IMG/VR virus record: IMGVR_UViG_3300012920_000031
Coordinates: 4,061 to 68,060 of that record
Source: a virus
Direction: 5' to 3' (one strand)
Length of the DNA: 64,000 nucleotides
Numbering within the stretch: position 1 is the first letter of the stretch; the number at the start of each line of letters is the position of its first letter. The notes below the pieces were generated by a model. It did not search any database and was not told the DNA's origin. It saw only the letters and a program-made list of their open reading frames with translations. Of the stretch, positions 37,201 through 45,582 are shown piece after piece. Both the position numbers and the translations under genes were made by a program.

Positions 37201-38981
37201 ATTGTTGTCCCTGAAGCTGACCAATATGTACTTGGGAGCTGATACCACTGAGTGTAATCACCGTCGTGAGAATCTCTCTTCCAAATTGTTAGGTCAGCAG
37301 GAGCTGAATCTAACTCAAACTGAACTTGAACTGCTGAATTGAACTCTGTACCGTGAGGTGTCAATCTAACTATATCACCAACAAAGTGAGCGCCGGCAGA
37401 ACCCGCCTCTTTCTTTATTGCTGTTAAGTTTTGTGCCTTTATTGAGGCATCTGAAATTACCGCTGCAGTAAGACTGGTATTACCGTCTAGATCTCCCGAT
37501 CCAATAGTTACTGTTATTGTTGGTGAATTTTCAGTGCCGCCGGCCTTAACCGTGCCGCCACCAGCACCAACAGTTTCTGTAACACTGTCTGCAATTGATG
37601 GGTTTGCGCTAATTCCTGACAACCTTCTCCAAGCATAGACTCCGTCAGCCGTGGTGTTTCTGCTGGTACCAGTAGTACTAAACGAATCTTCTAAACTGGC
37701 ATCGCTAGTACCTGCAGGGTCAGCCGATGACGTAAAATAACCATTATCTGCTAAAATACCAGCAGGTGTTATAGCAAAAGACGGGCTGCCGACGCTGACA
37801 CCGCGGTGCGCACCAACGACACTTAATTTCCAACCTGATGATCCAGACTCTAAACATTGGATTACACCATTTCTGCAGCTGGCGCCTGAACCGTTGCCAA
37901 TCGATCCAAAGAATATTCTGTCCTGACTACCATTTGGATCTATATGTTGGTTGGTAAAAGCAGCACCCATAGTTCTAACACTAGATGTAATAACTGTACC
38001 ATCAGTATAAGAACCAATTCCGGCGGCGTTGTCGGCGCGGACTGTGTGGTTGAAGAAGCCTTGACTGGAAGAGTCAAAGTATCTAATCTCGTTCCCGGAT
38101 GTTCTCAACGCACCGTTACCGAAGTTGGTTAGCCTCGAAGAACCAACAATTACACGGTTCGATGCAGTGTGATAATACAATACACCATCACCCATGCGTG
38201 GGAAAAGTGTCGCGTTACCTTCACCTGAGTCGCCACCAAACGATCCACGAGTGTTACGTATGTAACTACTGTCTTCCGCAATCTCGACAACCTTTACTCT
38301 ACCCGCGCTGCTTTGCATTTCTCCGGCTGCGACAAAGATATATCGACCATCAAAATTGGGCGTAGCATTTGACAGGTTAGGTGTAATGTGTATATTTGAT
38401 ACCTCTGCATCAGAGCCATTTCCAAAATGTACTTCGAAACCAGCAGCTGGAATAGTTGATATTCTATCCCATCTACCTGGGGTTGTTTGAGAAGCAGAGC
38501 TAAAGACTGCTATTTTATCTCTATTACTTGTGCTTGTGACACCAGGAAATGTGACAAACCATTTTCTATCGGCACTCAAACGACCTTCAGTAAATGATGA
38601 ATGGGAAGTGCCGTACGAGTTAGTGTCGAGATCGTTGAATCCGGAAGCTCCCGAGATAAAACGATACGGAAGGGTTCCGTTAGTTCCAATAGTAGCCCAA
38701 AACTCAGTATCACTAATCCACCAAATATTATTTGGGAGCTGGGTACCAGTATCCACTGAATCTGCTCGAAATATACCAGATGAATTAGAGTGAAATATGT
38801 CGACACCGTACTCAGTACTACCATTACCGTCACCGCCGCCATGAGCAATTGATGGTGCTGCCCATATGGTACCCGCAGGATTCGGTATCGGATTATACAC
38901 TTGCGGGAACAGGCCACCAACATTCGAAGCTGTAAAAAATTCCGCTAGCGATACACTACCGGAAAATACTTCATAAGCCAT
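34254..38981 (-). CDS. Large G/S/T-rich fibre-like virion protein (propeller-like N-terminus, ZU5-like domain, repeated beta-rich stalk)
   Basis: AGGAGG SD; ZU5-like VRLTPHGTEFNSAVQV; tandem repeats; C-terminal SLMVFLNGLLQ...DY..D.L...Y module shared with 39703..40944. Confidence 0.8.
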   Translation of the reverse strand: MAYEVFSGSVSLAEFFTASNVGGLFPQVYNPIPNPAGTIWAAPSIAHGGGDGNGSTEYGVDIFHSNSSGIFRADSVDTGTQLPNNIWWISDTEFWATIGTNGTLPYRFISGASGFNDLDTNSYGTSHSSFTEGRLSADRKWFVTFPGVTSTSNRDKIAVFSSASQTTPGRWDRISTIPAAGFEVHFGNGSDAEVSNIHITPNLSNATPNFDGRYIFVAAGEMQSSAGRVKVVEIAEDSSYIRNTRGSFGGDSGEGNATLFPRMGDGVLYYHTASNRVIVGSSRLTNFGNGALRTSGNEIRYFDSSSQGFFNHTVRADNAAGIGSYTDGTVITSSVRTMGAAFTNQHIDPNGSQDRIFFGSIGNGSGASCRNGVIQCLESGSSGWKLSVVGAHRGVSVGSPSFAITPAGILADNGYFTSSADPAGTSDASLEDSFSTTGTSRNTTADGVYAWRRLSGISANPSIADSVTETVGAGGGTVKAGGTENSPTITVTIGSGDLDGNTSLTAAVISDASIKAQNLTAIKKEAGSAGAHFVGDIVRLTPHGTEFNSAVQVQFELDSAPADLTIWKRDSHDGDYTQWYQLPSTYWSASGTTITINTTRFSEYAGLGGINVARTKLSNSQLATLTTTDLVASTSIQISGSTNSFKDRTVAADDLFLIEDKSNGTTYHVSASQMAEYFGGLVSVTASSDNSDMRVTFVSPSDNADIGLAVDAGLKYNPSTDMLKGVNLSGSGDLTIAGNATIDDNLVLTKGFVQIKASELNVTGGIKASSAISGSDDLTIAGSATVDDNLIVTKGYVQIKASELNVTGGIKASSAISGSSDLTIAGSATVDDNLIITKGYVQIKASELNVTGGIKASSAISGSGALSIGGATVLGETLTVNARSKASATDNSVLVEGTGQFKLTANELFRVTNNSNQDIFAARENGDIEFGGGSSTGIFLYDASTADIKLKNPSNTGETAILLNDGLNGGIISGSSNLLMGGQGVFKSALAVTGAIVGKSNISGSGNLLIGGNATVAGNLTINGTTTVIDSTHLAVKDALVLLSSGATGTPVNDQGFIFERGDSANAAMLWDESTDRFVFANVGTASAGATGNISFSAYPVSASTFHGDGSGLTGVGAEVVAAAKNDLDLQLTFASGAASAGSFFINSGSLMYNPSTNGLKASALEPTGSETFRLGRTGEHHRITLNSTALVLSTPSGTGQSVEYHNNGFKAGEIEVYTDSGEAHTMKMKTTARLALSGGLGTFISGNLGLRLDGPLSGSGNVTTAGTVLVNGTGGITASAGPISGSGILTVAGASTLSGRLLVRSTAGITASAGPISGSGVLTVAGASTLSGRLLVRSTAGITASAGAVSASLGFFTPSVITAKGLISGSGGLDIGGTADFGAAVNVDGALTVLGGANLGDSGADAIVVSGALDVGNQNTKFRSNQIELLNLDGMALDSNDSTHFLLVQDSDNNYVKKESVTDLIQHITGAAGTRGGLQVHQGKLHIVQKEESFMSSSLTGHAHTASLDGPVLSGSLMVFLNGLLQTRSGSANLGSGGNSIFDYRLDSYTAPTKVLMADALDSDDVLIVRYVQK
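34941..35160 (-). repeat. Tandem 99-bp (33-aa) repeat, 2 copies plus a partial copy
   Basis: GPISGSG(I/V)LTVAGASTLSGRLLVRSTAGITASA; matching DNA at 34966 and 35065. Confidence 0.85.
36391..36790 (-). repeat. Tandem 132-bp (44-aa) repeat, 3 copies
   Basis: IAGxATxDDNLxxTKGxVQIKASELNVTGGIKASSAISGS; registers at 36397, 36529 and 36661. Confidence 0.9.
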
Positions 38982-39127
38982 ATATTTTTCCTCCTATATA
39001 TGAATTTTCACAATGAAAAAAAATATAAAACATTAAGTAAAATTATAAAATAGGAAGTTATAGTATATGAGGAAATGTTATTTAAGTGAATGTAACGAAC
39101 GTATGCTGTAATTAGTTTTTGGCGCCG

Positions 39128-39340
39128 TCAAGAGAACAGAATTTTTTTGAGGTTTCTTACATTATTATCAAATTTACAAAAATCTGAATCTAAAAACTCA
39201 AGAGACAAAGCTTGACACTTTTGCTCTGGATCTTCAAATGCAAAATGAAACTTTCCAGATTCTAATCTTTTACATTGCACCAATTTTACGCCTCTAAGCT
39301 GCAAAAAAGCAGCTATTCCTATATCGCTTGTAGTATACAT
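39128..39340 (-). CDS. Small DUF5659-like phage protein
   Basis: YTTSDIGIAAFLQLRGVKL...FHFAF pattern. Confidence 0.6.
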   Translation of the reverse strand: MYTTSDIGIAAFLQLRGVKLVQCKRLESGKFHFAFEDPEQKCQALSLEFLDSDFCKFDNNVRNLKKILFS

Positions 39341-39376
39341 ATTGTCCCTTCTCTCTCACACATATAAATAGGGCGC

Positions 39377-39691
39377 TTATTGGTCTTTTCGAATGAAATA
39401 ACCTTTTTCTCCCTCAGAAACTGGTAACTTTAGCTCATAAGTCACATCCTCAGATATATCTTTTTCGGTTCTGAGTTGTTTAGCTAAATTTATCATAGAA
39501 GACTCATAGCTGGATATCATATTCATAATTTCTAATTTTCTTTTTTCAAAATTTAAACACATTGTAGAAAAATGAGTCTCAATATTGGTTAATTCTTCTC
39601 TCAATTTGTGTATTTGAGAGATCTCCTCCCACTCTATTTCTATGATTTCTGAGGTTACTTGTTGTGTTTCTTCGTTTTGTTGTTCTGACAT
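39377..39691 (-). CDS. Hypothetical coiled-coil protein
   Basis: AAGGAG SD; heptad-rich sequence. Confidence 0.6.
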   Translation of the reverse strand: MSEQQNEETQQVTSEIIEIEWEEISQIHKLREELTNIETHFSTMCLNFEKRKLEIMNMISSYESSMINLAKQLRTEKDISEDVTYELKLPVSEGEKGYFIRKDQ

Positions 39692-39702
39692 TTTTTCTCC
39701 TT

Positions 39703-40944
39703 TTAGTTCTTTATGTATGTCGCATAAACGTTATCATCTGTTTCTATATTGTATGTAAAAGTTATTGTGCGGCCACTAATAGTGTAATCGTTATCTGCAC
39801 CTAGTGATTGTATTGCACCGTTCACATAAATAGATTCCGTATTATCTTTTGGAAGATTAGATAATGTAAAAATTGTTGCTGGTGATGGTGGGTCGTCCCC
39901 ATTCTCTTTCAAAACCTCTCTTATAATAAGATTTTCTTTTAGTACCTCTGAAAAGTTGCTCCTAGTTACTGCATTTGCTGCGGATCCACCACCACCTCCG
40001 CCACCGGAGGCTGCAGGGGCATTTGCTGCTGCCACATTAGAAAATAATGATGCACCTTTGCTCTTTTCAAAAATGGCACTAATAGGAATACCAGCCAAGC
40101 CAAAATAAGATCCAAATTCATGTTCTGGCACTTCTGATAGTGAGATTCTTTCTCTTGGTATCTTAACTTCTACTGCATTTTCCCTAATAGCATAATGAGG
40201 TCTTGTTGCATTACCGCCTTCACCAACCAAATATCCAATAACTTTCACTTGTATTTTTGTTTCAAACTTTCTTTCATCTGATGAGAAATCAGATACATTA
40301 TGGGAATCTGAAAAACTTCCCTGTATAAATGCTTCGTATCGATGCTCTCCTTCAAATAACCTTTGGTAGTTTATTGTACCAGGTTTTGTAACAAAAGGCA
40401 ATAATAATTCATTCATTTGTTGTTGATATTCTGTTCTCAATACAATCTCGTACATGACGGTGACATTTACTGGCATGGGAGCAGTAATAGTCCTATAAAC
40501 TATCTTACCATTACCTCTTGGATAATTCAACTGCCCGTTCAATCTTTTTGCATCGGCATTTGCAAATTTTGTGGTTTTTTCTTGGTACAATACTCTAGAA
40601 ACTGGCAATGACCCACCTTGCTCGTCTCCTGACCTTGGTACTCCTGCCTGAAAAACACCCTTACTTGTCATATCTTTTTCTATCGATCCCCTAGAAAGAG
40701 TAATTATAGGCATAATTAACATGCCCTGTGAATCTCTTATGTCTTTATCATTTTTTGACTGAAATGATCTTTCGGCTGAGCCCCATACCACAGGAACTTT
40801 TCTCCATCCCTTGTTTGTATCAGTATACAAATTTAGACTTTTTACATAATTGAGCATCGCTCGATCAATTGTTTCAATTGTTGAAGCCTCAAAATGAAGT
40901 TTTGCAATCAAAGATGGTTCATCATTTATATATTTATCAGACAC
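39703..40944 (-). CDS. Tail terminator/sheath stabiliser (gp15-like) with Gly linker and C-terminal accessory domain
   Basis: Follows gp13/gp14-like genes; KVPVVWGSAER, MPIITL, PVNVTVMYEI; C-terminal ESIYVNGAIQ..DYTISG. Confidence 0.65.
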   Translation of the reverse strand: MSDKYINDEPSLIAKLHFEASTIETIDRAMLNYVKSLNLYTDTNKGWRKVPVVWGSAERSFQSKNDKDIRDSQGMLIMPIITLSRGSIEKDMTSKGVFQAGVPRSGDEQGGSLPVSRVLYQEKTTKFANADAKRLNGQLNYPRGNGKIVYRTITAPMPVNVTVMYEIVLRTEYQQQMNELLLPFVTKPGTINYQRLFEGEHRYEAFIQGSFSDSHNVSDFSSDERKFETKIQVKVIGYLVGEGGNATRPHYAIRENAVEVKIPRERISLSEVPEHEFGSYFGLAGIPISAIFEKSKGASLFSNVAAANAPAASGGGGGGGSAANAVTRSNFSEVLKENLIIREVLKENGDDPPSPATIFTLSNLPKDNTESIYVNGAIQSLGADNDYTISGRTITFTYNIETDDNVYATYIKN

Positions 40945-41425
40945 TGAATAATCCCTCCCTTGCTCTCACGCAAGATGCCGCAATTTCAAACTTTGATTCA
41001 ACTTGGCCGAAAAGCCACTTAGGTTCAGTAAGACTCAGTATCTCATACAGCTTGTCGCCATACTGAATAAAGTCTCCTTCTCTGACAAAAAGGTCTTGAT
41101 CTTCTGTTAGCCTCCTTTTATGAAAGGCAACAGAGATTTTTTCAACCCTGTCAACTCCAAGGGGAGTTGTTGAGGTAGATTCGCTCTCGTACTTAACCAT
41201 AGCATAAACTCTAACCGGATTTAGAAAGTTCTTATCAACTGCTTCTCCATATATATCATGAAAGTTTGTGTGTTCCAAACTTATTGGATAATATACTATG
41301 GTTTGCCCGACAACTCTTTCAATAACCTCATCGTTTATTTGCTTGACAAAATCTTTTTCTTTCTTGCCAGTAAAAAGTGGAGGTGGTGGAGCATCAGGTT
41401 GTGACCATTTATTATCATCTGACAT
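40937..41425 (-). CDS. Neck/head-completion protein (gp14-like)
   Basis: GQTIVYY, IYGEA, VREGDFIQY, LYEI; synteny. Confidence 0.7.
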   Translation of the reverse strand: MSDDNKWSQPDAPPPPLFTGKKEKDFVKQINDEVIERVVGQTIVYYPISLEHTNFHDIYGEAVDKNFLNPVRVYAMVKYESESTSTTPLGVDRVEKISVAFHKRRLTEDQDLFVREGDFIQYGDKLYEILSLTEPKWLFGQVESKFEIAASCVRAREGLFSV

Positions 41426-41430
41426 CTAAA

Positions 41431-42687
41431 TTACCCCACAAATATGTAATTTGGCACCTTCTGTAGTACCTTGTCTGCGTTGTCCATCATTGCGCCGTCT
41501 TTCTCAACCATCTTAGCATATGTAAGCTCAGCTAAGGTCTCTTTTAGTTCTGTTCTGAGTTTTTCTTGCTCGTCTTTGCCCTCTGATATGAGTGCTGAAC
41601 CATTTAGTGTTACAGCTTCTCCTGGAATTGGCACAGTTGCAAACTTTGATCTAATTTGGCCCAGTGTTTCTTTACTTAGTGCTAATGCAAAACGTCGAAT
41701 CCATTGCTTACCAATAGAATTTATGTTTTCGAATGGTAAATTGCCGATTGGTAAAGTGTTCATATTGTTTACACCAGAAGTTTTCTTATCGGTGTTTTCC
41801 CAAACATCTTCTGGAATTGAAAAATCTACCCACATTTTCGATGGACCCCTAGTATATGGTATAGGATAAATTCTAAGTTTATTATTTCTCAACTCGTAAG
41901 AAAAATGAGACATTCTTGTATATATCGCATCTTCAAAAGCCATAGCTTGTGCTTTGTTGTGCCAAGCGGGTATCAACTGAAATGTTGAGTCGTCCGAAAA
42001 CTGTCCATAATTGTGTAAATTACCTACAACATTTAGGCCACCATAATATCCATAAAAACGCCACATAGCATGCGGTGTCTTATAATAAACTTTCTTAATT
42101 AGAATCGTTTTACCATCAACCGATGCTGATAAATTAGAAGAGTTTATAATACTTTGCAAGTCATAATCTTGCGTCCCCTCGACAACATCGAAGGACCCTG
42201 AATACTGCACTGAGCCATTCAGACCCACTTCAGATCCCACACCGTCTGCCATTCTTCTGGTCAAACCATAATCAAACTTTGGATACTTTAACGCAACATG
42301 GGAACCAGATAGTGAAGAAGAAAGAGAGCCAGACATAATATTGCCTTTTGAGTCAAAAGACCCGGTTGTATTTCCAAGTGCGTTTGACAGCATATTTGTA
42401 GCCTGATGTAAATTTACAATATAAGAATACTCTAATACTGCTTCTTCATATGCAGCATATACATTCCCTTCTGTAAGTTCTATATCTAAAACATCTCCTC
42501 CGAGCTTTTTGTAAACAAATGAAACCTGATCTACTGCTCCTGACAGAAACTGAGAAGAGTACATTGGAGATGTTTCGTCTGAATATATTTTATAAGGAAG
42601 AGACGAATTTATATTTGAAGCGGTACCGGTGATTGGCAATACGATTGCCGACAATGTACTCGCTGGTGTTAATGTAGGTAAAGACAT
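41431..42687 (-). CDS. Neck/adaptor protein (gp13-like)
   Basis: KLGGDVLDIELT, WIRRFALALSKETLGQIRSKF..VPIPG..VTLNG. Confidence 0.85.
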   Translation of the reverse strand: MSLPTLTPASTLSAIVLPITGTASNINSSLPYKIYSDETSPMYSSQFLSGAVDQVSFVYKKLGGDVLDIELTEGNVYAAYEEAVLEYSYIVNLHQATNMLSNALGNTTGSFDSKGNIMSGSLSSSLSGSHVALKYPKFDYGLTRRMADGVGSEVGLNGSVQYSGSFDVVEGTQDYDLQSIINSSNLSASVDGKTILIKKVYYKTPHAMWRFYGYYGGLNVVGNLHNYGQFSDDSTFQLIPAWHNKAQAMAFEDAIYTRMSHFSYELRNNKLRIYPIPYTRGPSKMWVDFSIPEDVWENTDKKTSGVNNMNTLPIGNLPFENINSIGKQWIRRFALALSKETLGQIRSKFATVPIPGEAVTLNGSALISEGKDEQEKLRTELKETLAELTYAKMVEKDGAMMDNADKVLQKVPNYIFVG

Positions 42688-42748
42688 TCATGGTCCCTCA
42701 CAAGTTATAGTTTATCAATATAACTAGTTGTTCGAAGGGACAAATAAC

Positions 42749-43096
42749 CTAGGTGTCTGTTTTAGTTTTGGTGGTTCGTCTTTTACGCGTTGTAGAGGTG
42801 GTTTTCTTTTTTCTTGTCGCGGGCTTTTTTCTTGTGACCTTTGGCTCTTCAATCTTTGATTCTTCAACCTTTGGTTCTTCTTCGTTGACAAACTTTAAAG
42901 CATTGATTCTTTCTTGAGTCTGATCAAGAACTTCTTCTGCTTTTTCCGCGACGTCAACTGCCTTTTCCAAAACAACTTCAACTGCCTCTTCTACTACTTC
43001 TTTTGCTTGCTCTTTCAGGCCAAACACGGCCTTTCTAAGGTTTGCATACTTCTTTGCGTATCTATCTAGCGTAAGACGCTTTCTTCGTTTACCCAT
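42749..43096 (-). CDS. Hypothetical protein with basic termini (possible DNA-binding core protein)
   Basis: MGKRRKR..., acidic middle, K/R/T-rich tail; AAGGAG SD. Confidence 0.6.
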   Translation of the reverse strand: MGKRRKRLTLDRYAKKYANLRKAVFGLKEQAKEVVEEAVEVVLEKAVDVAEKAEEVLDQTQERINALKFVNEEEPKVEESKIEEPKVTRKKPATRKKKTTSTTRKRRTTKTKTDT

Positions 43097-43135
43097 GGTA
43101 ACTCCTTTCGTTTATGTAATAAATAGTTTAGAAAT

Positions 43136-43168
43136 AGAAAAACCCCTTTCCTGTTGGAAGAGGGGTTT
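43136..43168 (-). terminator. Rho-independent terminator
   Basis: AAACCCCTCTTCCAACAGGAAAGGGGTTTTTC. Confidence 0.75.
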
Positions 43169-43192
43169 GATTCTATTGTAAGGCGAGTATTT

Positions 43193-43636
43193 TTATGTGG
43201 TTGAACCAAATGCAGCTGCAGCGCCAGTGGTCTGTCCCGTTACAAACCATGAGGTACCGTCGCTAACACATTCAACAAATGAACCTGCTGTTGTGGTGGC
43301 TGCTAAAGTTACCTTATCGTCAGTTCCATCACTTGCTGCAACATCTCCTGAATCGGCCATATCGTCAACCAACAATATTACCTGTCCGAACATTGCTGTT
43401 GTCTTGTCGGCTGCCGAGATAACAATACTTTTGCCGCCACCGACGACCTTACTTACAACAAACTTAAAGTATGCGCCTGCCTTGTGAGCCGGAAGTGTAA
43501 TTGCGATGTCATCAGTTCCATCACAAAAATAAACCTCACCTGTCTCTGCGTCAGTAATTACCTTTGTTGCTCCTGCAGCGATATTCTCTACTCTAAGCAA
43601 AGATGCGTTTCTTGATGCTCTTCCTACTTTTGCCAT
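43193..43636 (-). CDS. Putative head decoration protein
   Basis: Small A/T/G-rich beta protein immediately downstream of the major capsid gene; ITLP...G..F...SDGTSW pattern. Confidence 0.6.
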   Translation of the reverse strand: MAKVGRASRNASLLRVENIAAGATKVITDAETGEVYFCDGTDDIAITLPAHKAGAYFKFVVSKVVGGGKSIVISAADKTTAMFGQVILLVDDMADSGDVAASDGTDDKVTLAATTTAGSFVECVSDGTSWFVTGQTTGAAAAFGSTT

Positions 43637-43710
43637 TTTATATGATCTCCTTTTATATGTCTTAAAGGTATAGTTCGCCTTACCTTTTCATTATAACTAG
43701 TTTGCCGAAA

Positions 43711-43746
43711 AAAGAAAAGCCCCACCAAGTTAATGATGAGGCTTAT
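43711..43746 (-). terminator. Rho-independent terminator after major capsid gene
   Basis: AAGCCTCATCATTAACTTGGTGGGGCTTTTCTTTTTT. Confidence 0.75.
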
Positions 43747-43781
43747 TCTTTTCGCTAACGCGAGTTATTGTTCAAACTCTA

Positions 43782-45548
43782 TTATGAACCTGCCTCTCCA
43801 AGAAGGCCACGAACAATAACAAGACCGTACATATCAGGTCGTACCATCTTCTTAGCGTAACGAGTCATGACACCCTTACGTGGTACGAAGTCTTCCGTAC
43901 CGAAAATGGTAGGTGTTACCTGCAATGGTACGTAAGGAGCGTATACAAACCCGCTCTCAAGGAACGAGCTACCCTTACGACCTACAAGAAGTACGTTGCG
44001 CAAGAAGTAAGGATCAACGTAAACGTCGAACTTCTTGCTCAAGCTACCAGCGCGGACTGCACCGATTGTGCCTCTGTCCTGGTCAGCAGTTACGCTTGCG
44101 CGGAAACCACTTGTGAACTCAAGGATATTAGCAACCTCTGGAGAACAAACAACAAAGTTTGCACCGCCACGAAGTGTCTTTCTGTGGATCTGAGCGCTCA
44201 CGTCATTGATTGTCTCAATGAGAGTCTCGTACCACTCGCTAACTGTACCAGTGAAGTCAGGAGCTGCTGAAGTTGCACCAAGCTCGTTACCGTTAGAATC
44301 AACGAATAAACCTGGAGCGCGTGACCAGTAGCGTGTACCAGCAGTTGCGCCGTTTACAAGCTCACCGAGAAGCTCACGGTCAATTTCCAAAGCAATCTGC
44401 TCTGAAAGAATACCGGTAAGTTCTACCTCTGCATCCAAGTTGTGGTATGCGTTGAGGTCTTGACCAAGCTCTGGAGACCACTTAGCCTTCAACTTCTTGG
44501 TTTGTGCGGTAACTGCGATTGAGTCAACCTTGATATCAATCTCTGCAATCTGCTGCTTTCCAGTTCTGGCTGCTTCAGATGTGTTGCCAGTTGAAGGCTT
44601 TGGCTCTTCAAGGCCCCACTGATCCTGTCCAATAACAGATCCCAAACCACCACCGGGCTGGAAATCGTCCTTGACTGGTACGTTTATGCGGACGCTTGCG
44701 CCGGCGCCGAAATCGGTCACGGTGTCTTTGTCGTGGAATGTCAATACGATTCTATCCTTGACAATTCTTGTAAGTCTTCTAACAAGAGTACCATTCGCGA
44801 GCGCTACATTGAGACCTGCGAGGTTGCCTCTATCAATCGGACTTCCAAGTCTTGTTTCCATAGCTGAAACTGCACCTGTCAACTGAACAACGTGTACAGT
44901 ACCACCCGCGGCAAGGATATCTGCATCGTAACGAATAGCCTTCTTTTGTGCTTCAGTCAAAGTAGCTACTGCTGCAGCTGAAACGGCTGTTCCACCAAGT
45001 GCAGTGAGAGTATCACCAGTTATAGATACAATACCGGTTGATGCCTGATCCAAAGAACCTGTGGTACCTGCTGCGGCTTGGCTACCAAGCTCATAGTGAC
45101 CACCAGGACCAGAAGCATCTGGAGACCCTGCAAGATCAACACCACCAGTGATCTGCTTAGCTATGACGTTACCACCATATAGTGATCCTGAAGGTGCACC
45201 TGTTTCACCAGCTTCGTGTGTGAAGTCAAGGAAGAAAATGAGACCGGATGGCAAGCTCATTGGCTGAACCGATACGAGATCATTTGCTATAAGTCCACCG
45301 AATACACGACGAACGATTGGGAATGCAACTGCAGCGAAGCCTTCGACATCACCTGCAGCCATGGAAGAAGCTTCTCTAAGAAGTTCCTTCGCTTGGTTTT
45401 CGAGAAGTACCGCCATTCCCTGCTTCTGGTTCTCGTTACCGAGACCTTCAAGCAAGCCAGTAGCTTCCCACTTGTTAAGAAGTGCTGCACCTTCTGCGCG
45501 GAGATCGCGAGACTGTACGCCTTCTGTTAATTTTTGTAAAATAGACAT
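43782..45548 (-). CDS. Major capsid protein (T4 gp23-like)
   Basis: LLENQ, VQPMSLPSGLIF, KLKAKWSPELGQDL.AYH.LDAE.EL, YAPYVPL, F.P.KGVMTRY. Confidence 0.97.
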   Translation of the reverse strand: MSILQKLTEGVQSRDLRAEGAALLNKWEATGLLEGLGNENQKQGMAVLLENQAKELLREASSMAAGDVEGFAAVAFPIVRRVFGGLIANDLVSVQPMSLPSGLIFFLDFTHEAGETGAPSGSLYGGNVIAKQITGGVDLAGSPDASGPGGHYELGSQAAAGTTGSLDQASTGIVSITGDTLTALGGTAVSAAAVATLTEAQKKAIRYDADILAAGGTVHVVQLTGAVSAMETRLGSPIDRGNLAGLNVALANGTLVRRLTRIVKDRIVLTFHDKDTVTDFGAGASVRINVPVKDDFQPGGGLGSVIGQDQWGLEEPKPSTGNTSEAARTGKQQIAEIDIKVDSIAVTAQTKKLKAKWSPELGQDLNAYHNLDAEVELTGILSEQIALEIDRELLGELVNGATAGTRYWSRAPGLFVDSNGNELGATSAAPDFTGTVSEWYETLIETINDVSAQIHRKTLRGGANFVVCSPEVANILEFTSGFRASVTADQDRGTIGAVRAGSLSKKFDVYVDPYFLRNVLLVGRKGSSFLESGFVYAPYVPLQVTPTIFGTEDFVPRKGVMTRYAKKMVRPDMYGLVIVRGLLGEAGS

Positions 45549-45582
45549 TATAAATTCACCTCCTTTTCTATAAATTTTAGAA

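Noticed and set aside
39363-39370. Canonical T4 late promoter TATAAATA
   Set aside because: It occurs on the plus strand, opposite to all genes, and is better explained as the reverse complement of the CTATTTA motif.
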